From NCBI RefSeq assembly GCF_018350175.1, contig NC_058383.1, forward strand, positions 21,206,001 to 21,270,000: a stretch of DNA of 64,000 nucleotides. Direction: 5' to 3'. Both the position numbers and the translations under genes were made by a program. This document shows, piece after piece, positions 36,300-47,408 of this stretch (the first letter of the stretch is position 1; each line of letters starts with the position of its first letter). The notes beneath the pieces are model-generated. The model saw nothing but the letters and a program-made list of their open reading frames with translations, was not told the DNA's origin and did no database searches. This stretch comes from Felis catus. Its lineage: Eukaryota.

Positions 36300-36521
36300 T
36301 CTTTTCTTTAAAAAAAAAAATTAATGTTTATTTATTCTTGAGAGACACAGAGAGCACAGGCAGGGGAGGAACAGAGAGAGAGGGAGACACAGAATCCGAA
36401 GCAGGCTCCAGGCTCTGAGCTTTCGGCACAGAGCCTGACGTGGGGCTCAAACCCACAAACTGTGACATCATGACCTGAGCCGAAGTCAGATGCTTAACCG
36501 ACTGAGCCACCCAGGTACCCC
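36300..36521 (-). mobile_element. Can-SINE
   Basis: TSD-like TTCCCT(A/C)TGCATTTTC flanks. Confidence 0.93.
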
Positions 36522-37194
36522 TTCCCTCTGCATTTTCAAATGTGCATACATATGTGCATACAAACATGGATACATATGCCTACACACGTACACACGTAGT
36601 TGTAGCCTCAATATGATTCTGCTATACAAATTGTGCAGTGTCTTCTGTTATTCAAAACAATAGAGTGGACTTTTCCTGTAATCAGTGCAACCCAATACCT
36701 CATAGTTATCAGCAACAATAATAGTAATGCTGGCAATGAAGCATACTATGAGCAGGCACTGTTTCAAGTGCCTCACGCTTGGCCTCACGCTTGGCCTATA
36801 GATGAGAAAACTGAGGCCCCTGGAAAAGTTCGTAAACTTGCCCCAGGGCACACAGCCAATGAGTGGTGAAGCTGGGATTTGAACCCAGGGAGTCTAGCGC
36901 CAGAAGTCTACTCTCATCATAGAGTGGGGAACATTCTCTCATCAATCATATCAGGAAAGGTTGAGGAGGTGCCCTGGATTCTTCAAAAGTATGGGAGCGA
37001 CTCACTGCAAAGTCTGTCATTGTATTCTGAGACTCCTAGATGCCCATTTCAGAGACCCGGGAGCCTGAATAGATGCCAGTTTCCCTTAGGTCAAGCCGTC
37101 ATGGCCACTTACCACGAGAGGGCTGATCCCTGAGGCTGAGTCACAGAAATAAAAGCTGAGAAACGGATCCCAATGTCTCCATATGTTTTCATCT

Positions 37195-37457
37195 TTATTT
37201 TTTTGTTTCTTCATGTATTTATTGTTTTAAGTAGACTTCAAGCCCAGCGCGGAGCCCAATGCGGAGCTTAAACTCATGACCCTGAGATCAGGACCTCGAT
37301 GCTCTAGTGACTGAGCCACCCATGCGCCCCTCATCTTTTTTTTCTTAAAGATTGTATTATTTTTTTAAGTAATCTCCACCCCTGACATGGGGCTCAAACT
37401 TACAACCCTGAGATCAAGAGTCGCATGCTCTACCGACTAAGCCAGCCAGGTGCTCCC
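37195..37457 (-). mobile_element. Two short old-type Can-SINEs
   Basis: Two tRNA-like bodies (GACCCTGAGATCAGGACC and CCCTGAGATCAAGAGTCGCATGCTC) with T-rich tails. Confidence 0.8.
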
Positions 37458-38006
37458 TATTTTCATCGTTAAAGACAAGCACTCCAGAATCTGAATGTTG
37501 CTTTGGATTTTATTATGATCTAGAAGAGGAGCAGAGTAAAATAAATTTTAACAATTGGAAACACAATAGGCATTTAGCCAACGGTAGGTGGACGTCGGAT
37601 GGATGCGTGAATGAACACGTGGATAGAAAAAGAAACAAAGAGGAACCAAAGAGGCTGGCTTGGATCCTAGAAATGAGCCCGAGTCTTAACACCTGATAGA
37701 TCGCTTGTTCCTGGCTCCAGATTCAGGGTGGTTTACTATTCCAGCAACATTCGTGTATTTCTGATTTGGGAATTTGACTGGCACCACCCAGGCACCCTGA
37801 CCACCAAGCCCCAGAGCCATTTTTCTGCCAGCTGGTTTCTTGTTTCAACTTTCTCTTCTTCCCTGTTAGCCTTCTTTCTAGCTTCCTTCTGTTTCTTCAG
37901 TTTTCCATTATTATTTTTGTTTGAGTTCCTGCTTTTAATTCAAGATGTAGTATTTGCTCAATGTAGCCAGTGAAATAATGCAAAGATGTATAAAGAAATA
38001 CCTTCT

Positions 38007-38450
38007 TGGGGAGCCTGGTTGGCTCAGTCGGTTAAGCCTCTGACTCTTGGTTTCAGCTGGGGTCCTGATCTCACAGTTTGTGAGTTCAAGCGCCGCACGG
38101 GGCTCCATGCTGCTGACTGCAGAGGAGAGATTCTATCTCTTCCTCTCTCTCTCTGCTCCTCCCCTGCTCACTCATGCTCTCTCTTTCAAAGTAAATAAAT
38201 AAGCATTAAAAAAAAATACCTTCTTGTTGCGCCTGGGTGGCTCAGTCAGTTGAGCGTCCGACTTCGGCTCAGGTCATGATCTCACAATCTGTGAGTTCGA
38301 GCCCCGCATCGGGCTCCGTGCTGATGGCTCAGAGCCTGGAGCCTGCTTCCGATTCTGTGTCTCCCTCTCTCTCTGCCCCTTCCCTGCTCATGCTCTGTCT
38401 CTCTCTGTCTCAAAACTAAATAAAAACATTAAGAAAAAAATAAAAAAAAA
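38007..38450 (+). mobile_element. Two head-to-tail Can-SINEs
   Basis: TSD AAATACCTTCTT surrounds the first copy; the second head is at about 38227. Confidence 0.92.
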
Positions 38451-38867
38451 AACATTCTAATGCTCCTCTTCCAGTCCTGCCTTCTTCAGATAACCACCAC
38501 CACCAGCAGCCTGGTGTGTATTTTCCACCTCTTTCTCACGCTCACAGAAACATGCAAACATAGAATCATATGTAGAAAAGGTCTTCAGGGTATATGCTTT
38601 TACAAAAATAGAAGCATATTATACGCATGATTTTACAACTTTTTTCCCCCTAAGTATATCATGGAGATCCCTCCGGGCCGATAGACCGAATTATAACTTT
38701 TTTTTGTTGTTTTTGTGAAGCTTGCTTTTTAAGCAAATTATCACACAGTAGAATTGACCTTTGGGAGTCTTTCGTACATCTATTCATTCATACAACCACC
38801 ACCACGATAAGAACACGTAACGTTGCCATCACCTCCAAAAGTTCCCCCGTGCACTTTTAAGATGTCC

Positions 38868-38947
38868 TTTGTTTTATTTATTTGTTTGTTTGTTTTTAGA
38901 GAGAGCAAGAGAGAGAGAGAGGACAAGCAAGGGAGAGGATTAGTGGG

Positions 38948-38983
<36 letters not shown>

Positions 38984-39483
38984 CTTAAGCAGGCTCCATG
39001 CTCAGGGTGGAGCCCAACACAGGGCTCGATCCCACAACCCTACGATCACGACCTGAGCTGAAATCAAGAATCGGACGTTCAACCAACTGGGCCACCCAGG
39101 CTCCACGAGATTGGCTTCTTTCACTCAGCATAATGCCTTGGAGATACATCCAAGTTGTGTGCATCAACAGCTCTCTATTAGGGCTATTAATACTCTTACT
39201 GGTCACACATGTTATAAAAAAATCATACATGGGAAAGTTTGGCTTTTGATTTTGTTTCATTCTTTTGCCAGATTTGGTGTTTGTTTTTTAATTTTTTTAA
39301 CATTTTATTTATTTTTGAGAGAGGGCAAGCAGGGGAGGGGCAGTGAGAGGGGGACAGAGGATCTGAAGCAGGCTCTGCACTGACAGCAGCAAGCCCGATG
39401 TGGGGCTTGAACTCACAAACCGTGAGATCATGACGTGAGCCAAAGTCGGACACTCAACTGACTGAGTTGCCCCAAGTACCCCA
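38868..39483 (-). mobile_element. Two reverse Can-SINEs (38868-39104, 39285-39483) within old L1 3'UTR
   Basis: SINE bodies separated by L1-type TGGCTTCTTTCACTCAGCATAATG sequence. Confidence 0.88.
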
Positions 39484-42400
39484 GGTTTTGTTTTTTTAAT
39501 GTAGTCACATGTGTCTATCTTTTCTTTGTGTATTCTGGGTTTACAGTCTTGTTTGATTGGAAAGTCACCCTCTGCCAAAGTTTTAAAAAATGTTTCAACT
39601 GTCTTTCCCCCAAGATGTATTTCCCTTAACATGTCCAAACCCTCTGAGAGTTAACTATGATCATTTCCATCCCTCCTTTCCAGATGAGGAGCCTGGGATT
39701 TGTAGGGATCGTGTAACCTGCCCAAAGATGCACATCAGGGAAGGTACACAGCAGTGACGCAGACCCCAGTGACCCCACGGAGAGCCCACGGGCTTAACCA
39801 CCAAGCTGTACCCCCTCCTTTATCAGCACACCAAGTCAGATGCCAAACTGTCCCTGTGCGGTGTTGTTCTTGATCTCCTACAGAGACTGAGCAAACAAAA
39901 AAAAGTAACAATGCAAAAAGAGTGGGAATAAGGGTCTACTGCTTCTCTGGGGTGCATTCAGCATGGCGAGTGATGAGAAATGGGGGAGTCACTCCCTTGG
40001 GGGCTTTGTGGAAGCCATGTACCCAGTGGAAACAGAATGAGACAGACCTGGGAGAATGGAAATTCCGTGTCTTACTAGCTGAGTGACCTAGGACAAGTTA
40101 TTTAACCTCTCTGAGCTCTAAGTCTCTGACCTGTAGAATGGTAGTAACAATATCTGTCTCTTAGGGGTGTCGTTATGATCTTCAAAGAGGCATTTTTCAC
40201 GACGCCTGGCATGATGAAGGGGGTTATAAAATGTGCTTTTCCCTTCCTTCCAATGCACACACCAAGTCAAGCCCAAGAGAGGGCAGCCGATCTTGCCAAC
40301 CATGCGTTTCACAAGGTTAAGGAACCACAGTTGTGAATCCGAAAAGCACAGGGACCTATAATCCTTAAGAGGCATGTAGCTCTTTGGCATAATAATAGCT
40401 AATATTTACAGGGCTTGCCATCTGCCAGTTACCTTGTCAACTCATTTGATCTTTCCTACAATCCTATAACCTAGGTACTACCATTATTCACATTTACAGT
40501 TAAAGAAACTGAGTCCCAGAGAGACTTAGTAACTCATTTGAGATCGTATATGGCAGAGCTGGGATTTGAACCTGCGGGGTCTGGCTCCAAAACCCATACC
40601 CTTAGGTAACGTGCCGTGCCGTGCTCCGTGATACGACACCACACTGTATCACATGACACCTCGCCATACCGCACTATGTTATATGTCTAGCCAAACACAA
40701 TCCCCTCTGGTATTGTGATCGACTGGTGGTTAGCTAAAGAAAAATAGGGTAAATTTGGGGGAAATGGGCTAGCGGACACATGAGCCATGAATGAGGGCGG
40801 GGTCTTGAGGTCTTCAGCAAACTGAAGCCAAGATTATTCCATGGCATGACACCCTGCTGAGAGGCTGAAGCCTGCCATCTTCATGTCAAGCCCCGCAAAA
40901 GGCCACTTCTTCTGACAGCTTCCTATGGGGGACAGCCGGCACCTGTCAGGATGTTTTGCATGCAAGATGAAGAATCAGCCCTAGCTGATCTGGTAAAAAG
41001 GGAATTTATTGGAGGGATTTATGGAGAAGTTCCGAAAACTGAAGGAAAACCTGGGCAAGCAGAGAGAATGTGAATTGGAGCCACTCCGGGCGTGAGGAAG
41101 CAGTGATGGGTCTCTTCTGGACCCCGCCGCCGAGTTGGACACATTCCAGTGATCTCCCGTCATCCACACTCCTCCAGGTTCCAGAAAGAAGACATCTGAT
41201 TGGATCAGCCTGGGGCTTGTGCTCATCCAAAGGAGGAAGTGACCCTAGGACAACTCGGGGGAGCGAGAACAGGCGGCCTGTGTTCGCTTCTTAGTGTCAC
41301 GTCCTCCGGCAGCCACCAGACTGCCACCTCTCACGGGTAGATCCTAGCTTTCTGTATACAGACTTCCCAGTTTGGAATCATCACCCACAGCTTTGTCTGC
41401 CCAACAAAGTCAGTGTGAGTCCATTCCTCTTTGAAATCCTCGAGGCCAGAGCGGAGACGCTCAGACAAAAGAAAGTCCGACGCAGACACTCAAATGCGCA
41501 ACGGGAAGACCCTGGGGACTTATAAATCAGGTAACACAACTGCTCTCACGGGCAGCAAATGGGAATGCATCTCTCCATCTCATCCTCCGTGATAAGTGGG
41601 CATCAGATTGGTCCTCATCACCATGCAGACCCTCGGATCATTCCACAGCATGTCCTGGCAGCTTGGAGACCGTCTAGCCTTCGAGCCCTGGCCGATGGCC
41701 ATTCAAAGCACAGAATACACTTAAGAATTCGTGACAACAAAAAAAGGACCGTAAAAAATCAGGACTGAAGGGACTGAACTCTGAAATCCTTAGGAATTCA
41801 GCAGGAATCTGCCTTGGCCCCTGTCTGATTATCCAGTATGTGGGCGCTGAGGCTGCTAAGGAAGCTCCTGAGGAAACCTCAGACCCATTCCAAAGAGTGA
41901 TCAAAGTGTCCACTACTAACCTGGAACACAGATGGCTCTCAGCATCCAGAAATGTTAATGCCCCCAAACCCAAAAACTCAGACAGATTTAGAAACGAATA
42001 ATTACGGTATAAGCCATATGCACTTATTCAATCAAACATTGATTGAGTTACACTTATGTTGTATTTTTGTGAATTTCTTGCTCCCCTGTCACTGGGGCAG
42101 CTGCTTTTTAGCTAATCAAGGCCAGGCTGGACTCAGGTCTGCTGAACTTCACTGGGATGAGCTCGACTATGATTAGGGCATTTGCATCCCACAGTAATGA
42201 CAGGAGTGCACAAGAGTCAGCCCCACGACACAAGCACATTCTTTGCCTCTGCCCGTGTCTTGTCCACTAACATCCCAATGGCCAGAGTAAGATCAAGAGG
42301 CAAGGAGGTGCACTCTACCCACGATGAGGCCATGACAGGTGGGTGGATAATACTCTCAGAAAGGAGATGAGGATATAGGGCCAATAATTCAATAATGAGG

Positions 42401-43295
42401 AACAGGCAGTCTTGTGAAGATCAAAGAGAAGGACCTGTGTACGACTGCATACACAGGTCACAAAAAGAGGGAACAGCGATAATGGAGGCGAGAGAAATAC
42501 AGAAGACGGGCATCCAGTCCAGGGTCCAGAGGTGTACGAGGGCTTTCATATCTCATTAAGGTTTCTCCTGCATTCCCTACCTTGATAAAGAGCTACTCCC
42601 AAACAGACTGAGGCTGAGCTATAGACATCCAACTGCTGGACCAAGAGACCCACAGGCTAATGTTCTCTCTGTTTCTTCTTCTCAGATCACTGTCACACCT
42701 TGGATGACATTGGTGGCCGCCAAGGGAACAATCTCGGGGAAGCAAGACAACTGTTTCAGGTAGGCAGTGGAAACAGAAACCAGGCCACAGGAATGAAAAT
42801 CGTGAGGACGCTCTAATTTATTCTGGAATTTATTCCAGAATTTACTAGGAAGGAAACATTTATTCTGGAATTTACTAGAGAGAAGAAAGGAGAAAAAGGA
42901 AGCGAAGGTTGAAGAATGTACCATTCCGACCTCAAGGCATTTGCCCATGCCTTTCCTTCTACCTGAAATGTTTTTCCATCAGATCTCACAGAGTTGACGC
43001 CTCCCTGCCATTCAGACCTCAATTCAACTGTCCCCTCCTCAGAAAGACTTACCCTGGGACACCCCTCTCCTCATCTAAAGCATTCCTGTTCCACCCCCAT
43101 CATTCTCTAATATATACCATTATCTTCATTGCATTTATCTAGTCTCTAGATTTTTCTTTTTTCTTGTTGTTCGTTGACTTTTTATTATCTGTCCTCCTCA
43201 CTAGAGTGGGTTCGGGTACCTTTGTTCTGTCTTGTTTACTGTGTCCTCAGTGACTTCAATAGTTTCTGGAACATGGTGGGTGCTCAAAGCAATTG

Positions 43296-43835
43296 TTTTT
43301 TTAAAAATTTTTTAAATGCTTATTTCTTTTTGAGAGAGAGAAGGGGAGTGTGAGTGGGGGAAGGGGTGGAGAGAGGGGGACACCCAGAATCTGAAGCAGG
43401 CCCCAGGCCCTGAGCTGTCAGCACAGAGCCCGATGAGGGGCTCGAACTCATGAACCATGAGATCATGACGCTTAACTGACCGAGCCTCCTGGGCACCCCT
43501 CAAAGTGTTGAATAGATGAATTGATGGATGAATCAATGAGTAACTTTGAAAATAGTGAAAAAGAGCAGAAACTAGAAATGATGAAAGAGAAGAATACAGA
43601 AAAAAGAGAAGAAGGAAAGGGCGTCTGGGTGGTTCAGTCGGTTAAGTGTCTGACTTCGGCTCAGGTCACGATCTCGCAGTTCATGGGTCAGAGCCCCAAG
43701 CTGGGCTCTGTGCTGACAGCTCAGAGCCTGGAACCTGCTTCGGGTTCTGTCTCCTCCTTTCTCTCTGCCCCTCTCCCGCTCATGTTCTGTCTCTCTCTCT
43801 CTCTCAAAAAATGAATAAACATTAAAAAAATAAGA
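43296..43835. mobile_element. Divergent inverted SINE pair (43296-43499 minus; 43618-43835 plus)
   Basis: Two SINE heads face away from each other with a spacer of about 120 bp. Confidence 0.9.
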
Positions 43836-44749
43836 AGAAAAGAAGAGAAGGAAGAGTGATAAACCAAAACAATGTGGCAAATTTGAGGAGAGCATAGGAA
43901 GCAGTTGGTGCAAGAGAAAATGAATTTCAGAAGGAAATTGCACCAGGAACAGAAGAGTTAAAATCTGCAGCCGCTGCCCTGATGCGCAGTGTCTGAAGGG
44001 GGTGATCAAGGGGAAGAGGGCTTAACAAGGGGCTTGCGGCTCATTTACATCCTTTGATCCATCAAAATCTGACCAGGAGGCATCGAGTTGGAAACTGCCA
44101 CACACTTTGCATTCTTCCTTTGTGCTGAACAATAGCTCAGTACTAGCCCGGCAGGAATAGGAAGGTCAAAAGACAATCTGTTTCTTGTAAATAAATAATA
44201 ATAAATTACCATGCTTGACTATACTCAGGAGTCCCACTGTGCTTGGAGTGCCACTTTGGATTAGAGTCCCTTGCTGACAGCCCAGAACCTGGGGCCCTGA
44301 AGGTCCCTGCCATTCTCCCAAACTCCATCTCCCACTTTAGTTCTGGCAAATCACCGCTTCCTCTCCATTTATTCTTTCTTTCCCCCTCCTGACACTCCTA
44401 CTGCAATTCTAATGCGTAACTTTACTCTCTTTTCTTCCAACGAGTTATCCCTCCCAATTGCTTTCCAGGAGGGTTCACTGACTGAATCCTTCAGCTCACT
44501 AATTCGCTCTTCAGCTGTATTCATTATGCCAGCCAACTTCTCCTTGGACAATATATGTGGCTTTCATTTCTCACAATATGTTTCTCACGCCCAAACAATG
44601 TGGCCTTTATTTATTTATTTGCAGTATATTTCTCATGTCCCAGAGTCACCAAATGGCTCTTCAAAACTTCTTATTCCTATTTTTTGTTCCTAAAATCTTT
44701 AGATTTGGATATTTGTTTTCCTTGTTTTAACTTTAAGAAATTCGAACCC

Positions 44750-44875
44750 GGGGGTGCCTGGGTGGGTCCGTTGGATAAGCATTTAACTCTTGATTGCAGC
44801 TCAGGTCGTGATCCCAGGGCCGTGGGATTGAGCCCTGATTCGGGCTCCATGCTGAGTGTGGAGCCTGCTTGAGAT

Positions 44876-44937
<62 letters not shown>

Positions 44938-45517
44938 GCTTTCTCTCTCTCTCCCCTTCTGCCCCCTCCCCCACTCATGCTCGACCTCTCTCTAAAACAA
45001 AAAATATATATATCCACAATAGCCAAATTACGGAAAGAGCCTAAATGTCCATCGACTGATGAATGGATAAAGAAGATGTGGTATATATATGTATAAAATG
45101 GAGTATTACTCGGCGATCAAAAAGATTGAAATCTTGCCATTTGCAACAACATGGATGGAACTAGAGTGTATTATGCCAAGCGAAATAAGTCAGAGAAAGA
45201 TAAATATCATATGATTTCCCTCTTATGTGGAATATAAGAAACAAAAACAGATGAACATAGGGGAAGGGAACGAAAAATAAGATAAAAACAGAGAGCGAGG
45301 CAAACCATAAGAGACTTAAATACAGAGAACAAACTGGGGGTTGCTGGAAGGGAGAGGGTTGGGGAGATGGGTAAATGGGTGAGGGGCATTAAGGACAGCC
45401 TTGGTGGAATGAACACTGGGGGTCATATGGACATGATGAATTGCTGGACTCTACTTCCGAAACCATTATTACACTATATGTTAACCAACTTGGCTTATTT
45501 TATTTAAATATAAACAA
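44750..45517 (+). mobile_element. SINE-L1 3'-end chimera
   Basis: The SINE (44750-~45010) abuts L1 sequence (ACAATAGCCAAATTACGGAAAGAGCCTAAATGTCCATCGACTGATGAATGG). Outer repeat TTTAA(G/C)AAATTCGAA(C/T)C at 44732-44748 and 45518-45534. Confidence 0.8.
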
Positions 45518-46309
45518 TTTAACAAATTCGAATCTATTATTTCTGCTTCTTGCAGGCATAGATTGTTTAAGTTGGTGTGTCGTATTTTCCTAGAACTCAG
45601 ATTCCTTTAGGACTATTTGATGGCTTGGCTGTGATGATGAAGGCTGGGTGGGGGAACAGATGAGGTTGGAGGCAAGACCCTTGATCCACGTTTGTCCTCC
45701 TCCTGGTAGGGTTGTGCCGAGGGTTTCCAGGTGTAACAATTTGCTCTCAGTCACTTCCCTTTTTCACCCCTGTCCTTCTCCTCCCCTGGGAATGGGCCGG
45801 ATTCTAGGCTGCAGACGGTGCTGCTCTCGGCCACCCTCTGCTGGGATTGTCCCAGGGCCAGCCAGCGTCAGTCAGTCCTTGTCACCCGCCCATGACCCCC
45901 ACAGAACTCCAGGCCTATCTTGCTCTGGATACAACTGCCCCCAGTTTCCCTGCTCTGGGATCCATCACAAAGGGCGGGGGGAGGGGGGCGGGTCAGCCCT
46001 CAAGTTCTTGCTCCACCTCTGCCACCTGTGACGCTCAGACCTCCTTTTACCCTGTCATATTGACACTCCGGCACTTTCTCCCTCTTGAAATGATGTGCAT
46101 AGTTTTAGTTACGCTCTAGGATCTCTGACTCTCTCTCTGTGTCTTTTGCAGCAGCTCCAGGGTTAGATGCAGGAAGGAGCCAAGAGACTTTATCAATTCT
46201 CCACCTCTGCGAGTCTGTTCATGCATCGACTAGCATGCATGCAAGCACACAGACGCCCACGATGAAGCATAATACCGGGGACCTCATGTAGGCATATTTG
46301 CAGGACAAA

Positions 46310-46483
46310 TTTTCTTTTTTTTCCCAATATATGAAATTTATTGCCAAATTGGTTTTCATACAACACCCAGTGCTCATCCCAAAAGGTGCCCTCCTCAATA
46401 CCCATCACCCACCCTCCCCTCCCTCCCACCCCCCATCAGCCCTCAGTTTGTTCTCAGTTTTTAAGAGTCTCTAATGCTTTGGC
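46310..46483 (-). mobile_element. Short feline L1 3'-end fragment
   Basis: Poly(T) followed by CAACACCCAGTGCTCATCCC...CCCTCAGTTTGTTCTCAGT, the reverse of the fragment at 6327-6495. Confidence 0.88.
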
Positions 46484-47194
46484 TTGAAATGCTACAACGG
46501 TGGATAGGCCAATCTGAAATTTTGATAAAAATTGTTTAAGTGCCCTTCAAAACACCGTACCAATTTGCGCTGTCAATCTCGGTGCCGATTTCCCTGCAAA
46601 AACTGTACGCGTGGAGTATTACCAAACATTTCAATGTTCACAACAAAAATGTACAGGAAAAAAAATGCATTGTTCTTTCAATGTGCTAGACTTCCGTTAT
46701 GAGGAACGTTCAATTATTTTTTCATTTGCGTACTGTACCATTTCCTAAATTAGTGAAAAGGGGCGCTTGATCTGAATACCTACTATCAAAATGATTTGTG
46801 AAATAATTTGTGGAACATCCAGCTTACGGGGGGGGGGGCACAACGATTAATACACACAAGGAAAAATGCCGCCACTGCTATTTTTTAAAAATGTGAATTA
46901 AAGCAATACATACGATACCATTATTTTTAACTTTGTACAACTGGCAAAGACCTAAAAATTTCCTAATTCCCATGGTTGGCAATGTCCCAGCACTGCTGTG
47001 GCTAGCACTAATCCAAATAAAAGTGATGATCTGTGTCATGTTCTTTTGCCCCAAATTCTGCCTTTCCTAGTTTTTAATTCTTCAAGCTACTCTAAAGGTG
47101 GCATTAAAATCTCTTGCTACCTTATTACTTCTCTTACTTCCTCTGAACTAGACACTCACCCTCTCTTAACTCAGGATGAGAAATAGGGAAGAAG

Positions 47195-47408
47195 GGGGTG
47201 CCTGGGGAGGTGGGGGCTCGGTCGGTTAAGCGTCCAACTCTTGATTTCGGCTCAGGTCATGATCTCACGGTTTAGGAGTTCGAACCCCGCATCGGGCTCT
47301 GTGCTGGCAGCATGGAGCCTGCTTGGGATTCTCTCTCTCTCCCCGTCTCTGTTTCTCCCTGCTCGTGCTCTCCCTCTCATAACAAATAAAGTTAAAAAAA
47401 AAAAAAAG
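47195..47408 (+). mobile_element. Can-SINE
   Basis: SINE head, (CT)n tract and A tail. Confidence 0.9.
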
